Positions 44,275-54,187 of a DNA stretch of 64,000 nt are shown here, one piece after another. Below the pieces are notes generated by a model that worked only from the letters and a program-made list of their open reading frames with translations, was not told the origin of the DNA and did not search any database. The position numbers were made by a program, and so were the translations under genes. Each line of letters starts with the position of its first letter. Position 1 is the stretch's first letter. The stretch spans positions 1 to 64,000 of the forward strand of contig CAVWEH010000002.1 in assembly GCA_963753975.1 (NCBI GenBank), in the 5' to 3' direction. Source of the stretch: an uncultured delta proteobacterium (GTDB lineage Bacteria; Desulfobacterota; Syntrophia; Syntrophales; Smithellaceae).

Positions 44275-44312
44275 AAAAAAAGGCAGAACCAGAAATGGTT
44301 TTGCCTTTTTTT
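44275..44312 (+). terminator. Intrinsic terminator
   Basis: AAAAAAAGGCAGAACCA-GAAA-TGGTTTTGCCTTTTTTT. Confidence 0.85.
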
Positions 44313-44474
44313 ATTATCAATATTTCTACCAATAATTCTTGAGTATTCTACGATGTTGATATTACTTAATAACGGGTGTTTTTTCAGTTGACAGATTTCA
44401 GATGAGATTGAGTTAGTCATTATAAGTGTTTCAAATGGTAATCTTCAATTTACTTTTCAAGTAGCATGTGTGAG

Positions 44475-44504
44475 CTTGTAGGTGTAAATATTATTTGCTT
44501 CTTC
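44475..44504 (+). repeat. Degenerate junction closing islet 2
   Basis: CTTGTAGGTGT-N12-CTTCTTC, same spacing as 4082-4111. Confidence 0.55.
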
Positions 44505-44614
44505 TCGAGAATATATAAACATCCAGAAGGCTTACAACTGTCGCAACAAGTAACCTCTCTCTACCTTGACAATTAAACACATTGCTTTTTGGGAGTTAAT
44601 GTATTAAATTTTAA

Positions 44615-44812
44615 AGTAGGGGTGCCTGTAAATTCGATTTCAAATCGAAGATGATATCAAGGCGGCGAGGAAGAGGCGACGCAGGCGTAGTTAGGTTAGT
44701 ACGTCGAGGAGCAGATGACGCAGCCAACGATGATAGCGCTTTGAGTTGGAATTGGATTAGGCTGAGATTATACCCTTTGAACCTGACCCGGGTAATGCCG
44801 GCGTAGGGAGTG
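44615..44812 (+). ncRNA. TPP riboswitch with greatly extended P3
   Basis: AGGGGTGC (44618) ... GCTGAGATTATACCCTTTGAACCTGACCCGGGTAATGCCGGCGTAGGGAG; upstream of thiamine genes. Confidence 0.93.
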
Positions 44813-44829
44813 GCGACAATAAAATAACA

Positions 44830-44868
44830 TAAGCCATGTCCTTTTGGGTGAAAGGGTATGGCTTTTTT
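44830..44868 (+). terminator. Riboswitch expression-platform terminator
   Basis: AAGCCATGTCCTTT...AAAGGGTATGGCTT-TTTT. Confidence 0.8.
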
Positions 44869-44891
44869 ATTTTGGAAACTATGAGAATGTT

Positions 44892-45563
44892 ATGTCGAAA
44901 AAAGTAATCATAGTGAGCGGTGGGCGATTCGGCGACCCAATATTTTTTAAGAAAAAGATGGCGGAAATAGGAGACGCTCTGATCATCGCCTGTGATGGCG
45001 GTGTGCGCCATCTGCAAAAATTGGGAATAAAGCCGAATGTGATTATCGGCGATATGGATTCGATCGAGCCTTCTCAACTGGCAAGTTACTCAGCACAGGG
45101 TGTCAAGATCATTAAATATCCGGCCAATAAAGACTTCACCGATACCGAACTGGCTCTTGATTACGCTCTGGATTTGAAGCCAGCGGCCATCTACATTTGG
45201 GCTGCTCTGGGCGGCAGACTTGATCATACTCTGGCCAATGTGTTTTTGCTTCTTGAGGCCAAAGATGCAGGAATTAAAACTTATTTGCTCGACGAATATT
45301 GCGAAGCTTTTATCGTGAATAAGGAAGCCGCGTTTGTTGACGCAAAAGGAGTTACCGTTTCTCTTTTTGCCGTGAGTCCCCAGGTCGAAGGTTTATCTCT
45401 CAGTGGTTTTGTTTATCCTCTTCAAGATGCGGCATTGACTATGGGTGAGTTGCGGGGAGTAAGTAACATTATTAATAAAGATCACGCTAAAATCGCTTTG
45501 CGAGCCGGAAATCTTCTGGTGATTCGTTATTGGCAAAAAGATGTTTTTCCGGAGGCGCTTTAA
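44892..45563 (+). CDS. thiN: Thiamine pyrophosphokinase
   Basis: IIACDGG, IIGDMDS, KDFTDTELAL, GGRLDHTLAN, GVSN. Confidence 0.93.
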   Translation: MSKKVIIVSGGRFGDPIFFKKKMAEIGDALIIACDGGVRHLQKLGIKPNVIIGDMDSIEPSQLASYSAQGVKIIKYPANKDFTDTELALDYALDLKPAAIYIWAALGGRLDHTLANVFLLLEAKDAGIKTYLLDEYCEAFIVNKEAAFVDAKGVTVSLFAVSPQVEGLSLSGFVYPLQDAALTMGELRGVSNIINKDHAKIALRAGNLLVIRYWQKDVFPEAL

Positions 45564-45566
45564 TTT

Positions 45567-46358
45567 ATGAAACAGGCTGTAGTATTATGCATCGGTGGCT
45601 CCGATTCCAGCGGCGGCGCCGGAATTCAGGCGGATTTAAAGGCTGTCAGTGCTTGCGGCTGCTACGGGATGAGTGTGATTACGGCATTGACGGCGCAAAA
45701 TACTCTCGGTGTTCAGGGTATTTATCCGGTTTCACCGAAGTTCGTCGCCCAGCAGTTGGAATCGGTGTTAAGCGATATTGGCGCTGATGCGGTTAAAACC
45801 GGAATGCTTTGGACGGCCGGAGTCGTTCAGGTAGTTGCAAAGAAGATTAAGGAGTATAATATAAGCAACGTTGTAGTTGATCCGGTGATGGTTGCTAAAG
45901 GTGGACGTTCTTTAATGCAGGATAAGGCGTGGGAGACTCTCGTGAAAAAAATGCTTCCCTTGGCTTTCAATGTTACGCCGAATATTCCCGAGGCGGAGCG
46001 ATTAACACGATTAAAGATTAAATCGGTTGATGACATGAAGAGAGTAGCGGCTTTGATTCACAAGCTGGGTGCGAAAAATGTTTTAATTAAGGGAGGACAT
46101 CTTCCCGGCGCTAAACAATCAGGCGCGATAGATATTCTCTACGATGGAAATAAGTATTACGAGTTTTCCGCGCCCTGGATGGATACGGCGAATACACACG
46201 GCACGGGCTGCACTTACGCTGCAGCGCTGGCCGCGGAGATTGCTCGCGGTGAAAATGTTCTCCACGCAGTGGAAAAAGCGAAAAAACTGGTGACCGATGC
46301 CATAAAAAATTCGCTGAAAATTGGCGCAGGCCACGGGCCGGTTAATGCATCATTTTAA
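45567..46358 (+). CDS. thiD: HMP/HMP-P kinase
   Basis: GGSDSSGGAGIQADLK, TAQNT, VDPVM, TPNIPEAE, THGTGCT. Confidence 0.97.
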   Translation: MKQAVVLCIGGSDSSGGAGIQADLKAVSACGCYGMSVITALTAQNTLGVQGIYPVSPKFVAQQLESVLSDIGADAVKTGMLWTAGVVQVVAKKIKEYNISNVVVDPVMVAKGGRSLMQDKAWETLVKKMLPLAFNVTPNIPEAERLTRLKIKSVDDMKRVAALIHKLGAKNVLIKGGHLPGAKQSGAIDILYDGNKYYEFSAPWMDTANTHGTGCTYAAALAAEIARGENVLHAVEKAKKLVTDAIKNSLKIGAGHGPVNASF

Positions 46359-46403
46359 ATATTGATGCATTGAGAAAATGAGAATTTGTATACGGAGTAA
46401 CAA

Positions 46404-47675
46404 ATGACACAACTAGAAAAAGCCCGTAAAGGCTTGATTACGGAAGAAATGAAAATTTGCGCGGCCGTTGAAGGTGTGGAGCCGGATTATATAAAGCGGG
46501 GGATAGTTGAAGGAACAATCGTCCTCTGCCGCAATGTAAAACATCAGACAATCAAACCGCTGGCGATAGGAAAGGGTTTGCGTACTAAAGTCAATGCCAA
46601 TATCGGCACATCGAAAGATCACACCGACTTGAATCTGGAATTGGAGAAGCTAAAAATAGCGATTGCGGCCGGAGCCGATGCCGTGATGGATCTTTCCACC
46701 GGTGGAAATCTGGCCGAAATTAGAAAATCAGTTATGAGAAGATCTACGGTGGCCATAGGCACCGTGCCGATATATCAGGCCGCGGTAAAGATGTTGGGGG
46801 ATATGAAAGCAATTTCCGAGATGACCGCCGATGATATGTTTGCCGTCATCGAAGAAAACGGCAAAGACGGCGTCGATTTTATTACGGTTCACTGCGGGGT
46901 AACGCGAGGCAGCGTCGCGACTGTGGAAGGGCAGGGGAGAGTTCTGGGAATTGTCAGCCGCGGCGGCTCCATGACGGCCAATTGGATGCGCTGCAACAAT
47001 CGCGAAAATCCTCTTTATGAGGAATTCGATAGACTTTTGGAAATCGCGCATCGTTATGACATGGTATTAAGCTTGGGCGACGGGCTTCGTCCCGGAGCGA
47101 TCGACGATGCCACTGATCAGGGACAATTGCAGGAGCTGATAATTCTGGGAGATCTCGCCAAACGCGCGCGTGATGCAGGTGTGCAAGTAATGATTGAAGG
47201 CCCGGGGCATGTTCCGCTACCTGAGATCGAAGCCAATATTAAACTACAAAAGAAACTTTGCCAGGGTGCTCCATTTTATGTGTTGGGGCCATTGCCCACT
47301 GATATTGCACCGGGCTATGATCATATTACCTCCGCCATTGGCGGAGCCATTGCCGGAGCAGCTGGAGCAGATTTTTTGTGCTATGTAACACCTGCTGAAC
47401 ACTTGCGTCTGCCCACACTGGCCGATGTCCGCGAAGGAGTTATCGCGGCACGTATTGCGGCGCATATTGCCGATATTGCGAAGGGTGTCCCGGGAGCGCG
47501 GAACAGAGACCGGAAAATGTCAGCATGCCGGAAAAACTTTGATTGGCAGGGACAAGTTGACTTATCTATTGATCCGGAAAGAACGCTCGCGCTCTTGGAA
47601 AAGAGCAAAAGCGCCGAAGACGAAGGTTGTACGATGTGCGGTGAATTCTGCGCTATTAAATTGGGTAAAAAATAA
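46404..47675 (+). CDS. thiC: Phosphomethylpyrimidine synthase
   Basis: [34 protein letters not shown]. Confidence 0.98.
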   Translation: MTQLEKARKGLITEEMKICAAVEGVEPDYIKRGIVEGTIVLCRNVKHQTIKPLAIGKGLRTKVNANIGTSKDHTDLNLELEKLKIAIAAGADAVMDLSTGGNLAEIRKSVMRRSTVAIGTVPIYQAAVKMLGDMKAISEMTADDMFAVIEENGKDGVDFITVHCGVTRGSVATVEGQGRVLGIVSRGGSMTANWMRCNNRENPLYEEFDRLLEIAHRYDMVLSLGDGLRPGAIDDATDQGQLQELIILGDLAKRARDAGVQVMIEGPGHVPLPEIEANIKLQKKLCQGAPFYVLGPLPTDIAPGYDHITSAIGGAIAGAAGADFLCYVTPAEHLRLPTLADVREGVIAARIAAHIADIAKGVPGARNRDRKMSACRKNFDWQGQVDLSIDPERTLALLEKSKSAEDEGCTMCGEFCAIKLGKK

Positions 47676-47697
47676 GGAATCCGAAGGAGGCGTACAG

Positions 47698-48006
47698 ATG
47701 ATTCGTGTAATTGCCGTGGCAACGTTAAAAGAGGGTAAGAGAAAGAATTATTTGGAAGAAGTATACAAGATTATGCCCCTGGTGCACATAGAGGACGGCT
47801 GTATCGAATATGGGCCGCACATAGATATAGATTCCGGCATCGCCGGTCAGAAAAAACTTGGTCCGGACACGGTCGCGATTATCGAAAGATGGGAGAGTCT
47901 CGAAGCATTAAAAAAGCACGGAACAACACCTCATATGAATAATTTTCGCCGGGCAGTGAAAAATTTTATGCAGACGATGGAACTAATGATATTGACACCG
48001 GCGTGA
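47698..48006 (+). CDS. Antibiotic biosynthesis monooxygenase (putative quinol monooxygenase) family
   Basis: RBS AAGGAGG; EDGCIEY, IERWESLEALKKH..TPHM. Confidence 0.85.
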   Translation: MIRVIAVATLKEGKRKNYLEEVYKIMPLVHIEDGCIEYGPHIDIDSGIAGQKKLGPDTVAIIERWESLEALKKHGTTPHMNNFRRAVKNFMQTMELMILTPA

Positions 48007-48028
48007 TCATAATCATAAGGAGACGTCC

Positions 48029-49402
48029 TTGACAATTCCCTCGGAGAATAAGAGCACGGATAAGCGCAAAAATGCTGAAGCTATAGTTGGCAAACTGAAA
48101 GAAGCCGGCTTTGTTGCATATTTTGTCGGTGGTTGTGTGCGTGATTCGCTTTTGGGAAAGGTTCCCGGCGATTACGATATTGTAACTTCCGCGCTTCCCG
48201 ATCAAATAATCTCTCTGTTTCCTCGTACCGCGGCAATAGGAGCCAAGTTCGGTGTTGTGGCCGTTATTGTTGCAGGACATCCTTATGAAGTGGCGACATT
48301 CCGCAGCGATGATATTTACGAAGACGGCAGACGCCCTTCCCAGGTTCATTTTTCCACAGAGCGTGAAGACGTTTACCGCCGGGATTTTACCATCAACGGA
48401 CTATTGATGAATCCGGCGACGGGCGAAGTAATCGATTATATAAATGGCCGCGAGGATATTAAGAACAAGATAATCCGCACCATCGGCAATCCCGAGGAAC
48501 GTTTTAATGAAGATTATTTGCGGATGCTGAGAGCGATTCGTTTTGCCGCGAATCTGGATTTTATAGTCGATCCCGATACGAAAAAGGCAATAGAAAGAAA
48601 AGCCGTGAAGATAAAACAAATCAGCGCGGAAAGATTGCAGGATGAACTTTGTAAAGTCCTTACGCGCGGAGGTGCGCGCCGCGGTTTCGAATTAATGGTG
48701 CAGACAGGAATCTTGCGGGAAATATTGCCCGAGATAGATAGCTTGCAGAAAGTGGAACAGCCGCCGCGTTTTCATCCGGAAGGAGATGTCTGGCAGCATA
48801 CATTAATAATGCTGGAGTTACTGCCGAAAGAAAATTCCAGTGTAAGTATACCTCTGGCATGGGCAGCGCTTCTGCATGATGCGGGTAAAGCAGTAACGCG
48901 CTCTGAAGACGAAAAAGGCGTTCATTTCTACGGACATGTTAAAAAAGGAGAAGAGATCGCCGATAATATAATGCAGCGATTAAGATTTTCGCGGGCTCAG
49001 CGGGAAACAGTCCTTGATCTTATACACTACCATATGGTTTTTATGAATGTGCAGAAAATGCGCCCGGGACGGCTAAAAAGATTCTTGCGCATGTCTGATT
49101 TTGATTTGCATCTGGAGTTGCATCGGCTTGACTGTCTGGCGAGCCACGGGATGCTTGACAATTATGAATTTTGTCGTGATCAACTGCAGAAATTGGCGGC
49201 GGAAGATTTAAATCCGCCGCGCCTGCTTACCGGCAATGATTTGATTGCCCGTGGCTTTCTTCCCGGTAAAATAATCGGGCAAATCTTGCAGACATTGGAA
49301 AACGAACAATTGGAAGGCCGTATTGCGACGCGAAAAGAAGCGGAAGAATTTGTTGAAAAAAACTGGAAAAATCACGGGTATGAACCTCAACGCAAGCTTT
49401 AG
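48029..49402 (+). CDS. Class II tRNA nucleotidyltransferase with HD domain
   Basis: VGGCVRD, DYDI, RRDFTIN, EDYLRMLRAIRF, HPEGDV..HT, LLHDAGK. Confidence 0.93.
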   Translation: MTIPSENKSTDKRKNAEAIVGKLKEAGFVAYFVGGCVRDSLLGKVPGDYDIVTSALPDQIISLFPRTAAIGAKFGVVAVIVAGHPYEVATFRSDDIYEDGRRPSQVHFSTEREDVYRRDFTINGLLMNPATGEVIDYINGREDIKNKIIRTIGNPEERFNEDYLRMLRAIRFAANLDFIVDPDTKKAIERKAVKIKQISAERLQDELCKVLTRGGARRGFELMVQTGILREILPEIDSLQKVEQPPRFHPEGDVWQHTLIMLELLPKENSSVSIPLAWAALLHDAGKAVTRSEDEKGVHFYGHVKKGEEIADNIMQRLRFSRAQRETVLDLIHYHMVFMNVQKMRPGRLKRFLRMSDFDLHLELHRLDCLASHGMLDNYEFCRDQLQKLAAEDLNPPRLLTGNDLIARGFLPGKIIGQILQTLENEQLEGRIATRKEAEEFVEKNWKNHGYEPQRKL

Positions 49403-49420
49403 AAACGGATTATATAGAAA

Positions 49421-49598
49421 GCTGCGGTGTTATTATACCCCTGCTTATACAGGATAGTTCAACTAACAAATTTTAATTCACTTCGTTCTTAAAATTTGAG
49501 TTTCACTACCCTCCGCTTCGCGGCACTGTTCAACTTGCCAATTCCGATAAGCTTCGTCCAGCATCCGCTGGGCGTCGCTTTCTGAATTGGAGTTTCAC
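49421..49598. repeat. Composite hairpin cluster, homologous to 32909-33047
   Basis: ...CAGGATAGTTCAACT, then two CAACT...stem-loop...GAGTTTCAC units (49459-49506, 49530-49598). Confidence 0.7.
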
Positions 49599-49683
49599 AA
49601 ATGATTATGCAGCAAATTTATTTTCTGGTACAATAATATTCAGGAGATCAAACTTTAAAAAATATTCAAAGAACGATGAATCA

Positions 49684-50451
49684 ATGAAAAATAACCGAAA
49701 AAAATTCTTTATTCTTCTTATAATATCTTTGTTTATTTTATCCTGTGCCAGCCGCGCGACACATGTAAGATCTGTCGAGCCGACATGGAAAAGAAAACCA
49801 TTGGAAATGATGGGCTATACCATTCAGGCCGGCGCGTTTGCCAAGGTGGAAAACGCAGTTCGTTTGACGGAAAAACTAAAAGCGCGGGGATTGGATTCCA
49901 CATATTTTAAGGCGGCTGATGGATTATTTAAAGTTCGCTTTGGTAATTATCCTACAAAAGAAATGGCCAAACAAAAAGCGCAAACTCTGATAAGCAAGGG
50001 AACAATAGAAGAGTATTATATAGTCCAGCCCGAAGATTACGCTTCCTATAGACAAAAACAATACGGGACCAGTTATTTACGCGAAGCTCTGGTTAAGACC
50101 GCCCATGATTTTATCGGTGTTCCCTATCTTTGGGGCGGCACTTCTTCCGAAAAAGGATTTGACTGCAGTGGATTGACCATGACTGTTTATCAGCTGAATG
50201 GATTGAATTTACCGCGCAACTCAAGAAGACAATTTGAAGTCGGCAGTCCGGTAGCTAACATCAGTCAGTTACAGAAGGGAGATCTTGTGTTTTTTGCGTC
50301 GAAGGGAAAAAGCAGAGTATCTCATGTCGGTGTATATATCGGAGACGGAGAATTTATCCATGCCTCCTCGCGGGGCAAGATTATTCGGATTGATTCTCTC
50401 CATGCCGAACACTTTGTCGAAAGATACAAGGGTGGAAGAACATATCTTTAA
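49684..50451 (+). CDS. SPOR domain + NlpC/P60 peptidoglycan endopeptidase lipoprotein
   Basis: Lipobox ILSC, YTIQAGAF, PYLWGG..GFDCSG, HVGVY, FIHAS. Confidence 0.92.
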   Translation: MKNNRKKFFILLIISLFILSCASRATHVRSVEPTWKRKPLEMMGYTIQAGAFAKVENAVRLTEKLKARGLDSTYFKAADGLFKVRFGNYPTKEMAKQKAQTLISKGTIEEYYIVQPEDYASYRQKQYGTSYLREALVKTAHDFIGVPYLWGGTSSEKGFDCSGLTMTVYQLNGLNLPRNSRRQFEVGSPVANISQLQKGDLVFFASKGKSRVSHVGVYIGDGEFIHASSRGKIIRIDSLHAEHFVERYKGGRTYL

Positions 50452-50744
50452 TGGATAGTCGATATAATACTTAATCGCGGTTTTATTTCCGCAGTGTCGA
50501 AAAAAAGTCAGGCCTTTTTTTATCAGAAGAAATTTCTGCTTCGTCGATGATTTCTCGCAGAGCATATTCCCCGAATGGCTCAAAACGAGTTTTCTTGTAT
50601 TACGAAAAAAATAAAAATATTTTCAATTAGGTCATAGTTTTTGTTGACCTGACAAAAAAAATAAAGTAAAATTTAAGCACGAAAAAAGAAATTTGTAGTT
50701 TTTTGAATCTTAAAAATACAGTTTTACAAAGGAGGCATTATCTG

Positions 50745-50864
50745 ATGAAAGCGAAAGCAAAGAAGAAACCGGTAAGGAAAGTCGTGAAGAAAAAAGCTAC
50801 AAAGAAACCAAAAGCGAAAAAAGTTGTAAAGAAGAAACCGGCAAAGAAAGCAAAAAAGAGATAA
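50745..50864 (+). CDS. 39-aa Lys-rich histone H1-like protein missed by the ORF track
   Basis: RBS AAAGGAGG; MKAKAKKKPVRKVVKKKATKKPKAKKVVKKKPAKKAKKR; followed by a hairpin. Confidence 0.8.
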   Translation: MKAKAKKKPVRKVVKKKATKKPKAKKVVKKKPAKKAKKR

Positions 50865-50927
50865 CGATTAAAAGAATAATCAAACGGCAGTTAGTCGTTT
50901 AATTATTGAATCGTTCAATTTCGCCTT

Positions 50928-50964
50928 AAGTAGAGTAGTGTTTTAAAATGACACTACTCTACTT
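50928..50964 (+). terminator. Hairpin after the small basic protein gene
   Basis: AAGTAGAGTAGTGT...ACACTACTCTACTT. Confidence 0.65.
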
Positions 50965-51035
50965 CAAGTAATATTGAAGTTCCCCGTCTTTTATTAAACT
51001 AATATATTTTCTAAAATGCATTAGAGCGATAATTT

Positions 51036-52598
51036 ATGACCAAAGATTTAATCCTGGCAATCGATAATGGCACGCAATCAGTAAGGGCGTTAATTTTCGA
51101 TTTGCGAGGTAATTTAGTCCATAAAGCGCGAATTCCGCTGGAGCCATATATTTCGCGCGAACCCGGCTGGGCGGAACAAGACGCGGATTATTACTGGAAG
51201 TCTTTATGTCAGGCTTGCCAAAAGCTCTGGAAGGAATCATCAGTATCCAAAGACGCTATTGCCGGAGTTACGATTACCACGCAGCGCGCCACAATGATTA
51301 ATGTCGATAAAAAGGGCAATCCTTTACGTCCGGCTATAGTCTGGCTGGATCAGCGGCGAACAACCGGTTTAAAGCCGGTCGGTGGTTTTTGGGGGCTGGC
51401 TTTTAAAATATCACGGATGTCGGAAACTGTGGCTTATCTGCAGGCTGAGGCCGAATGTAATTGGATCAGACTGCATCAACCGGAGATATGGAGCAAAACA
51501 TACAAATATCTTTTTCTGTCCGGTTATTTGACATATTGTCTGACGGGAAGGTTTGTTGATTCCATCGGCTGCCAGGTAGGATACGTTCCTTTCGATTATA
51601 AGAATAAACGATGGGCATCTTCCTGGAATTGGAAATGGCAGGTTACTCAAATTGAACCTCGAATGTTGACTGAGCTCATTCCCCCGGCCGATATAATGGG
51701 TCAGATTACCAAAAAAGCAGCGGAAGAGACGGGCATACCGGAAGGTCTGCCCGTAATTGCCGCAGCCGCTGATAAAGCTTGTGAAGTTATCGGTGCGGGA
51801 TGCCTGGAGCCGCATATCGGATGTTTGAGTTATGGTACGACTGCCACAATCAACACCACGCATTACAAATATATCGAAGCAATTCCCCTGATTCCGCCAT
51901 ATCCTTCAGCGGTACCCGACGCTTATAGTTTGGAAATTATGATTTATCGCGGTTATTGGATGGTCAGCTGGTTCAAGGAGCAATTCGCCCAGTTGGAACA
52001 AAAAATAGCCGCGGAACGCGGCGTAGAGACGGAAACAATCATTGAAGAATTGTTGCATCAAGTTCCGCCGGGATCAATGGGTCTTATATTGCAACCATAT
52101 TGGTCCCCGGGAATAAAAGTGCCCGGACCGGAGGCAAAAGGTGCCGTAATCGGTTTTGGTGATGTACATAATCGCGCCCATCTATACCGGGCGATATTGG
52201 AAGGTTTGGCTTATGCTTTACGCGAAGGAAAAGAGCGCGAGGAAAAACACAGCGGCATAGAAATAACCGAGTTGAGAGTTTCCGGTGGTGGATCACAAAG
52301 CGACACGGCCATGCAGTTAACCGCCGATATTTTCGGTTTGCCAACAGCGCGACCGCACATCTATGAAACATCGGGATTAGGAGCGGCAATCGACGCAGCA
52401 GTAGGATTAAAACTTCATCGTGATTTTAAGACTGCCGTGCAAGAGATGACGCGCATCGGACAATTATTTGAGCCCAATTTGAACACGCATAAAATGTACG
52501 ATAAACTTTATAAGAGGGTTTATAAACAAATGTATAATCGACTGAAGCCTCTATACGAAGAAATTCGCTCCATTACCGGTTATCCCAACCGGGTGTAG
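51036..52598 (+). CDS. FGGY-family carbohydrate kinase
   Basis: [45 protein letters not shown]. Confidence 0.93.
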   Translation: MTKDLILAIDNGTQSVRALIFDLRGNLVHKARIPLEPYISREPGWAEQDADYYWKSLCQACQKLWKESSVSKDAIAGVTITTQRATMINVDKKGNPLRPAIVWLDQRRTTGLKPVGGFWGLAFKISRMSETVAYLQAEAECNWIRLHQPEIWSKTYKYLFLSGYLTYCLTGRFVDSIGCQVGYVPFDYKNKRWASSWNWKWQVTQIEPRMLTELIPPADIMGQITKKAAEETGIPEGLPVIAAAADKACEVIGAGCLEPHIGCLSYGTTATINTTHYKYIEAIPLIPPYPSAVPDAYSLEIMIYRGYWMVSWFKEQFAQLEQKIAAERGVETETIIEELLHQVPPGSMGLILQPYWSPGIKVPGPEAKGAVIGFGDVHNRAHLYRAILEGLAYALREGKEREEKHSGIEITELRVSGGGSQSDTAMQLTADIFGLPTARPHIYETSGLGAAIDAAVGLKLHRDFKTAVQEMTRIGQLFEPNLNTHKMYDKLYKRVYKQMYNRLKPLYEEIRSITGYPNRV

Positions 52599-52714
52599 TA
52601 AAAGTTTATCTTTTTTCTATATTATCATTTTGTGAAGTTAAAAACTTTCAGCATTGAATGCGTTGTTGTGTTGTAACTAAAATTTGCTCCTTATAAAATG
52701 TAAAAGGTTTTCAT

Positions 52715-54187
52715 ATGAGGATTACACTTTTCAATCTATCACCTCTCTTGTCATCCGATGGACCGCGTCTTATTGCATCTTTGCTTAAACGGGCAGGCCA
52801 CAAAGTTAACAGTATATATTTAGCAAGAGCAGAACCTCTGCTTTATAGTACAGATGAATTAATTTTGCTTGACACTATTCTCAGCAAAAGTGATCTCGTC
52901 ATGATTGGGGTTTATAGTACATATGCAGCAAGAGCGGAACAAGTAACAGAATTTATCCATAAGAACTATTCTGGTTTGAGAGTAATATGGGGAGGGCCAC
53001 ACTGCATTTCCGCGCCGGAACTCGGCATTCGACATGCGGACGGAGTTTGTTTTTCTGAGGGAGATGAAGCGGTAGTCGAGCTTGTTACGAGAATGGAAGA
53101 GGGCAGAGATTATATTAGTACACCTAATATGGCTTTCAATATTAAAGGTAATATCGTTTTAAATAAAGTTTTACCGCCATTTATGAATCTGGATAATCTT
53201 CCCTATTGTGATTACGATTTTGCTGATCAGTTTTTGCTGGATAAAAATATTATTACAATGAACAAAGATATATTTAAAGAAAGAATCGCCTTATATCCAT
53301 ACAACATTCCAACTTTATATGTACTTGCATCAAGGGGCTGTCCCAATAATTGTTCGTACTGCAACAATTGCCGTTATACGGCAATGTTTAATCATAATCC
53401 GATTCGGATACAGGACAATGACCGTGTTATAGATGAATTGGCGCACACACTCAAGAAGCTTGATTTTGTGGAAATGATCGGGTTTGGAGATGATGATTTT
53501 TTTGTCCGCAGTTACGAAAAACTGGAAGATTTTGCCCAAAAATACAAACGTCGAATAGGCCTACCTTTTGGTATCGCTATTAGTGCAAATAGTTTTAAGA
53601 AGAAAAAGATGGAGATTTTGTTGAATTCCGGACTGAAGATTATTCAGATGGGTGTACAGTCAGGGAGCGAAAGAGTCCTGAAAGAAGTATTTCATAGGAA
53701 TATAGAAACTTCAAAGACTAGGTGGGCGGTTCAACAGATAGCACCGTATCACAGCACACACGCCTTAGATCTTCTTCTTGATTTCATCATCGATAATCCC
53801 TATGAAATGCGAGATGATATTATTCAAACGGAAAATTACATAAAAGAATTGCCTTTCTCGGTGAAACTAAATATTTTTTTTCTATCGTACTTTCCGGGCA
53901 CCCCTATTTATGAAAGGGCTGTAAGTGACGGCATTATAGAGCTCTTCAGTTATGAATCTTTTCGGCGTTATGGTAGAAGTGAGTTGAAATACCAGAAAAA
54001 CTATGAAATTGTTTTATTGCTTTTTACAATTTATTTGCGGAACAAGTATAAAAAATATTGGACACGATTATTTTTGAGTATTTTAGGCAGTCGTTTTATA
54101 AGAACAATAGCAAACATTCTTCCACATTCATTTTATGCGTCTATTGGAAATTTAATTTTATCCAAAGGCATCAGAAAAAAAAATTAA
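52715..54187 (+). CDS. B12-binding radical SAM protein
   Basis: N-terminal B12-binding-like region (WGGPH, EGDE), SRGCPNNCSYC, DDDF, GVQSGS, FPGTP. Confidence 0.9.
   Translation: MRITLFNLSPLLSSDGPRLIASLLKRAGHKVNSIYLARAEPLLYSTDELILLDTILSKSDLVMIGVYSTYAARAEQVTEFIHKNYSGLRVIWGGPHCISAPELGIRHADGVCFSEGDEAVVELVTRMEEGRDYISTPNMAFNIKGNIVLNKVLPPFMNLDNLPYCDYDFADQFLLDKNIITMNKDIFKERIALYPYNIPTLYVLASRGCPNNCSYCNNCRYTAMFNHNPIRIQDNDRVIDELAHTLKKLDFVEMIGFGDDDFFVRSYEKLEDFAQKYKRRIGLPFGIAISANSFKKKKMEILLNSGLKIIQMGVQSGSERVLKEVFHRNIETSKTRWAVQQIAPYHSTHALDLLLDFIIDNPYEMRDDIIQTENYIKELPFSVKLNIFFLSYFPGTPIYERAVSDGIIELFSYESFRRYGRSELKYQKNYEIVLLLFTIYLRNKYKKYWTRLFLSILGSRFIRTIANILPHSFYASIGNLILSKGIRKKN

Noticed and set aside
47425..47697. 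N-terminal half of the 193-aa ORF
   Set aside because: It overlaps thiC; the real gene starts at 47698 after AAGGAGG
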